From Clostridia bacterium (GTDB lineage Bacteria; Bacillota; Clostridia; Christensenellales; Aristaeellaceae): a stretch of 64,000 bases of DNA. This document shows, in pieces, positions 61,385-64,000 of this stretch (positions are counted from its first letter, which is position 1; each line of letters begins with the position of its first letter). The stretch lies in assembly GCA_017550035.1 (NCBI GenBank), contig JAFYLS010000079.1:1925-65924 (forward strand). Reading direction: 5' to 3'. Under the pieces are notes generated by a model. The model ran no database searches, was not told the origin of the DNA, and was given only the letters and a program-made list of their open reading frames with translations. A program made the position numbers and the translations under genes.

Positions 61385-63835
61385 ATGCCTTTATTTGGCA
61401 AGTTTAATGAAAGCGCCCAGCGGGTGATTGCAGCAGCACAGAAGAGTGCACTCCAGTTGGGGCACCACTATATTGGCAGCGAACACTTTTTGATTGGTCT
61501 TGTAAAAGAAGCACGCTCGGAAGCACCTGCGCTGCCCGAAACGGCGAATGAGGCAGCTGTGCTGGATGCGGTGCGGAAAATTGCTGCACAGAATGATCAG
61601 AAAGTTGAAAAGGCGGATTTTACGCCTCGCGTGAAAAAGATTCTGGAAACCAGTATTGTAAAATCTCAGCAATTGGGACATCCGTATGTGACGGCGTCTC
61701 ATTTATGGCTGGCGCTGCTTCTGGAACGCGAAAGCGTAGCCGTCCGCATTCTGGAAACCCTGGGCTGCGATGTGGAACAGGTGCGGAAAAGTGTGTCTGA
61801 TAAAATGGGCAGCCATCAGAACAATGGTGAAAATGGGGAAGGGGAACAGGAATCCTTCCTGAAAAAGTACGGTCGTGATCTCAATCAGGCTGCAGAACAG
61901 GGCGAATTGGATCCTGTCATCGGCCGCAAGGATGAGATTGAACGCATCGTGCAGATTTTGTCCCGAAGAACCAAGAACAACCCTGTGCTGATCGGTGAAC
62001 CGGGCGTAGGCAAAAGTGCTGTGGCAGAAGGCTTGGCGCAGCGCATTGTACAAGGCCTGGTGCCGGAAACGCTGATTGGCAAGAAATTGGTTTCTTTGGA
62101 TATGGGCAGCATGGTGGCTGGCAGTAAATACCGGGGCGAATTCGAGGAGCGTCTTAAAAACACGCTGGACGAAGTGCGCCGTAAGAAGGATGTTATCCTT
62201 TTTATTGACGAATTGCAGAATATTATCGGCGCAGGCAAGGCCGAAGGCAGTATGGATGCTGCCAATATTCTCAAACCGGCTCTTGCCAGAGGCGAGATTC
62301 AGTGCGTGGGCGCTACTACGCTGGATGAATACCGCAAGCATATTGAAAAAGACGCTGCACTTGCGCGCCGTTTCCAACCGGTCACGGTGAATGAACCCAG
62401 TGAAGAAGAAACGGTAGCCATCATGCAGGGCCTAAGGGATAAGTACGAAGCCCACCACCGCGTTCGCATTACCGATGAAGCTCTGAAGGCTGCCGTGCGC
62501 CTTTCCAACCGGTATATTCCTGACCGTTTTCAGCCTGATAAGGCGATTGATTTGATGGACGAAGCGGCCTCCCGCGTACGTATTCAGAGCTATACCGCAC
62601 CGCCGGATGTGAAGCAGCAGGAAAAACAACTGGAAAAGGTGCGCCGCGAAAAACAGGAAGCGATTGACCGTCAGGATTATGAAAAGGCCGCGGCTCTCCG
62701 CGATCAGGAACATCATCTGCGCGGCGTGATTGACGCCAAGTGTGCAGCATGGGAAGAGAAAAAAGCATCCGCCAAGGATACTGTGGGCGAAGAAGAAATT
62801 GCTCAGGTGGTGGCAGGCTGGACCGGTATTCCCGTGCGCAAGATGACAGAAAGCGAAAGCACACGTCTGCTTAAGCTGGAGGAAACGTTGCATCAGCGCG
62901 TGGTAGGACAGGAAGAAGCTGTATCTGCCGTCAGCCGTGCCATTCGCAGAGCACGGGCAGGTTTGCAGGATCCCAAACGCCCCATCGGCAGCTTCATTTT
63001 CCTAGGACCTACAGGTGTGGGTAAAACCGAATTGTGCCGCGCCCTTGGCGAAGCCATGTTCGGGGATGAAAATGCCGTTATTCGCCTGGATATGAGCGAA
63101 TACATGGAAAAACATACGGTTTCCCGTATGGTGGGCTCTCCCCCCGGGTATGTGGGGTTTGAGGAAGGCGGACAATTGACCGAAGCGGTGCGCAGAAAGC
63201 CCTACAGCGTAGTGCTATTTGATGAGATTGAAAAAGCGCATCCGGATGTATTCAATATGCTGCTTCAGATTCTGGAAGACGGAAGATTGACTGACAGCAT
63301 GGGCCGCACCGTCAATTTCCGGAATTGCGTGATCGTTATGACCAGCAATGCCGGGGCACAGACCATCAGCCGCAGCATGGGCTTTGGCGGCGGTTCTCAG
63401 ATGCTGGATCACGAAAGAATGCGGGAACGCATCATGACGGAAATCAAGAATGTGTTCCGTCCGGAATTCCTGAACCGCGTGGATGAGATTATTGTATTCC
63501 ACAAGCTGAATGAAACGGATATTTTGTCCATTTCCCGTTTGATGCTTGGTCAGGTGGCAAAGCGCCTCGCGGAAAGAGATATCCATCTTGCTTACGATGA
63601 TGAAGTGATAGCCCATCTTTCGCGGGAAGGGTATGATGAACAGCTGGGCGCCCGCCCCTTGCGCCGTGTGATTCAACGCACTGTGGAAGACCAGCTCAGC
63701 GAACAGCTTCTGATGGGCAGCGTATCTCTTGGAGATACCGTGCGCATTCGTGTGGAGAATGATAAGCTTGCCTATGAGCGCGAAACCGAAAAAACAATGA
63801 AAAATATGCTGGAAAACAATGAAGCGAAGGCTTGA
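61385..63835 (+). CDS. clpC: ATP-dependent Clp protease ATP-binding subunit ClpC
   Basis: Clp-N repeats. Walker A motifs are GEPGVGKSA and GPTGVGKTE. The UVR linker is QDYEKAAALRDQE. Two AAA+ modules. GGAGG lies 7 nt upstream of ATG 61385. Confidence 0.95.
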   Translation: MPLFGKFNESAQRVIAAAQKSALQLGHHYIGSEHFLIGLVKEARSEAPALPETANEAAVLDAVRKIAAQNDQKVEKADFTPRVKKILETSIVKSQQLGHPYVTASHLWLALLLERESVAVRILETLGCDVEQVRKSVSDKMGSHQNNGENGEGEQESFLKKYGRDLNQAAEQGELDPVIGRKDEIERIVQILSRRTKNNPVLIGEPGVGKSAVAEGLAQRIVQGLVPETLIGKKLVSLDMGSMVAGSKYRGEFEERLKNTLDEVRRKKDVILFIDELQNIIGAGKAEGSMDAANILKPALARGEIQCVGATTLDEYRKHIEKDAALARRFQPVTVNEPSEEETVAIMQGLRDKYEAHHRVRITDEALKAAVRLSNRYIPDRFQPDKAIDLMDEAASRVRIQSYTAPPDVKQQEKQLEKVRREKQEAIDRQDYEKAAALRDQEHHLRGVIDAKCAAWEEKKASAKDTVGEEEIAQVVAGWTGIPVRKMTESESTRLLKLEETLHQRVVGQEEAVSAVSRAIRRARAGLQDPKRPIGSFIFLGPTGVGKTELCRALGEAMFGDENAVIRLDMSEYMEKHTVSRMVGSPPGYVGFEEGGQLTEAVRRKPYSVVLFDEIEKAHPDVFNMLLQILEDGRLTDSMGRTVNFRNCVIVMTSNAGAQTISRSMGFGGGSQMLDHERMRERIMTEIKNVFRPEFLNRVDEIIVFHKLNETDILSISRLMLGQVAKRLAERDIHLAYDDEVIAHLSREGYDEQLGARPLRRVIQRTVEDQLSEQLLMGSVSLGDTVRIRVENDKLAYERETEKTMKNMLENNEAKA

Positions 63836-63860
63836 CAAACTTGCTTTTCGGCCCTATAAT
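63832..63860 (+). promoter_or_regulatory. consensus sigma-A promoter overlapping the clpC stop codon
   Basis: TTGACA (63832-63837), 17 nt, TATAAT (63855-63860). The clpC TGA is 63833-63835. Confidence 0.7.
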
Positions 63861-63878
63861 ATTCCGGCAACTGAATAC

Positions 63879-63976
63879 CTTATCAAGAGCGGCGGAGGGA
63901 CTGGCCCGATGATGCCCGGCAACCGGCAGCAATGCATGGTGCCAAATCCAGCAGCGCACATGCGCTGACAGATAAG
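63879..63976 (+). promoter_or_regulatory. SAM-I (S-box) riboswitch aptamer; the expression platform and regulated gene lie beyond the window
   Basis: CTTATCAAGAGCGGCGGAGGGACTGGCCCGATGATGCCCGGCAACC...GGTGCCAAATCCAGCAG...GATAAG matches the S-box consensus, with P1 formed by cttatc/gataag. Confidence 0.88.
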
Positions 63977-64000
63977 GCGTGAAACGTACAGAACACCCAT

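Noticed and set aside
1-64000. CRISPR arrays, rRNA genes, IS elements with terminal inverted repeats, retron/DGR reverse transcriptases
   Set aside because: No regularly spaced short repeats, no rRNA-like sequence, and no transposase or RT-like ORFs were seen in any frame.

Overview
This is a chromosomal segment of a roughly 50% GC Firmicute, most likely a gut-type Clostridia member. That placement is an inference from the ctsR-mcsA-mcsB-clpC operon, lipoprotein or TM-anchored solute-binding proteins, S-box and B12 riboswitches, and AGGAGG ribosome-binding sites. Layout: (i) 1 to about 10.3 kb is a composite mobile/defence island. It holds the 5' part of a large serine recombinase gene (open to the window edge, so missing from the ORF track), a decapitated tyrosine-integrase remnant, and a five-gene translationally coupled Type I R-M operon (hsdM-hsdS-orf70-AbiH-like-hsdR). 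It also holds an excisionase-like HTH gene, a second HTH gene and two ~70-nt tandem structured repeats. (ii) 10.3-18.7 kb is an AraR-like-regulated amidohydrolase / CUT1 ABC / GH38-like operon with a recurring GTATAC operator. (iii) An orphan tRNA-Trp 3' fragment with its own terminator sits at 19.14 kb and looks like an att scar. (iv) Next come a methyltransferase, deoC, a membrane protein, and a cobalamin-riboswitch-controlled BtuFCD-like importer plus a GNAT. (v) 26-50 kb is a glycan-utilisation region. It starts with a GH2 beta-mannosidase-like gene and a BNR/Asp-box propeller + SIS + BadF-type kinase + SIS cluster. A 13.3-kb operon follows, encoding a membrane-anchored 964-aa CBM-like/SBP fusion, two CUT1 permease pairs, an NHL/TPR surface protein, a Yip1-type membrane protein, an 857-aa TM-anchored DUF5696-like protein and a codon-optimised second SBP. 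GH10 and GH5 enzymes close the region. (vi) The right end carries an M29 aminopeptidase, a Cys-type sulfatase, a PG-binding/phosphodiester-glycosidase protein, an XRE-cupin regulator with potABCD, ctsR-mcsA-mcsB-clpC, and the start of a SAM-I riboswitch. The best candidates for something undescribed are the orf70/AbiH-like pair nested PrrC-style inside the Type I R-M operon, and the NHL-Yip1-DUF5696-like triad embedded between two ABC importers. I saw no CRISPR array, rRNA or intact tRNA. All family calls come from motif recognition by eye, with no searches run.
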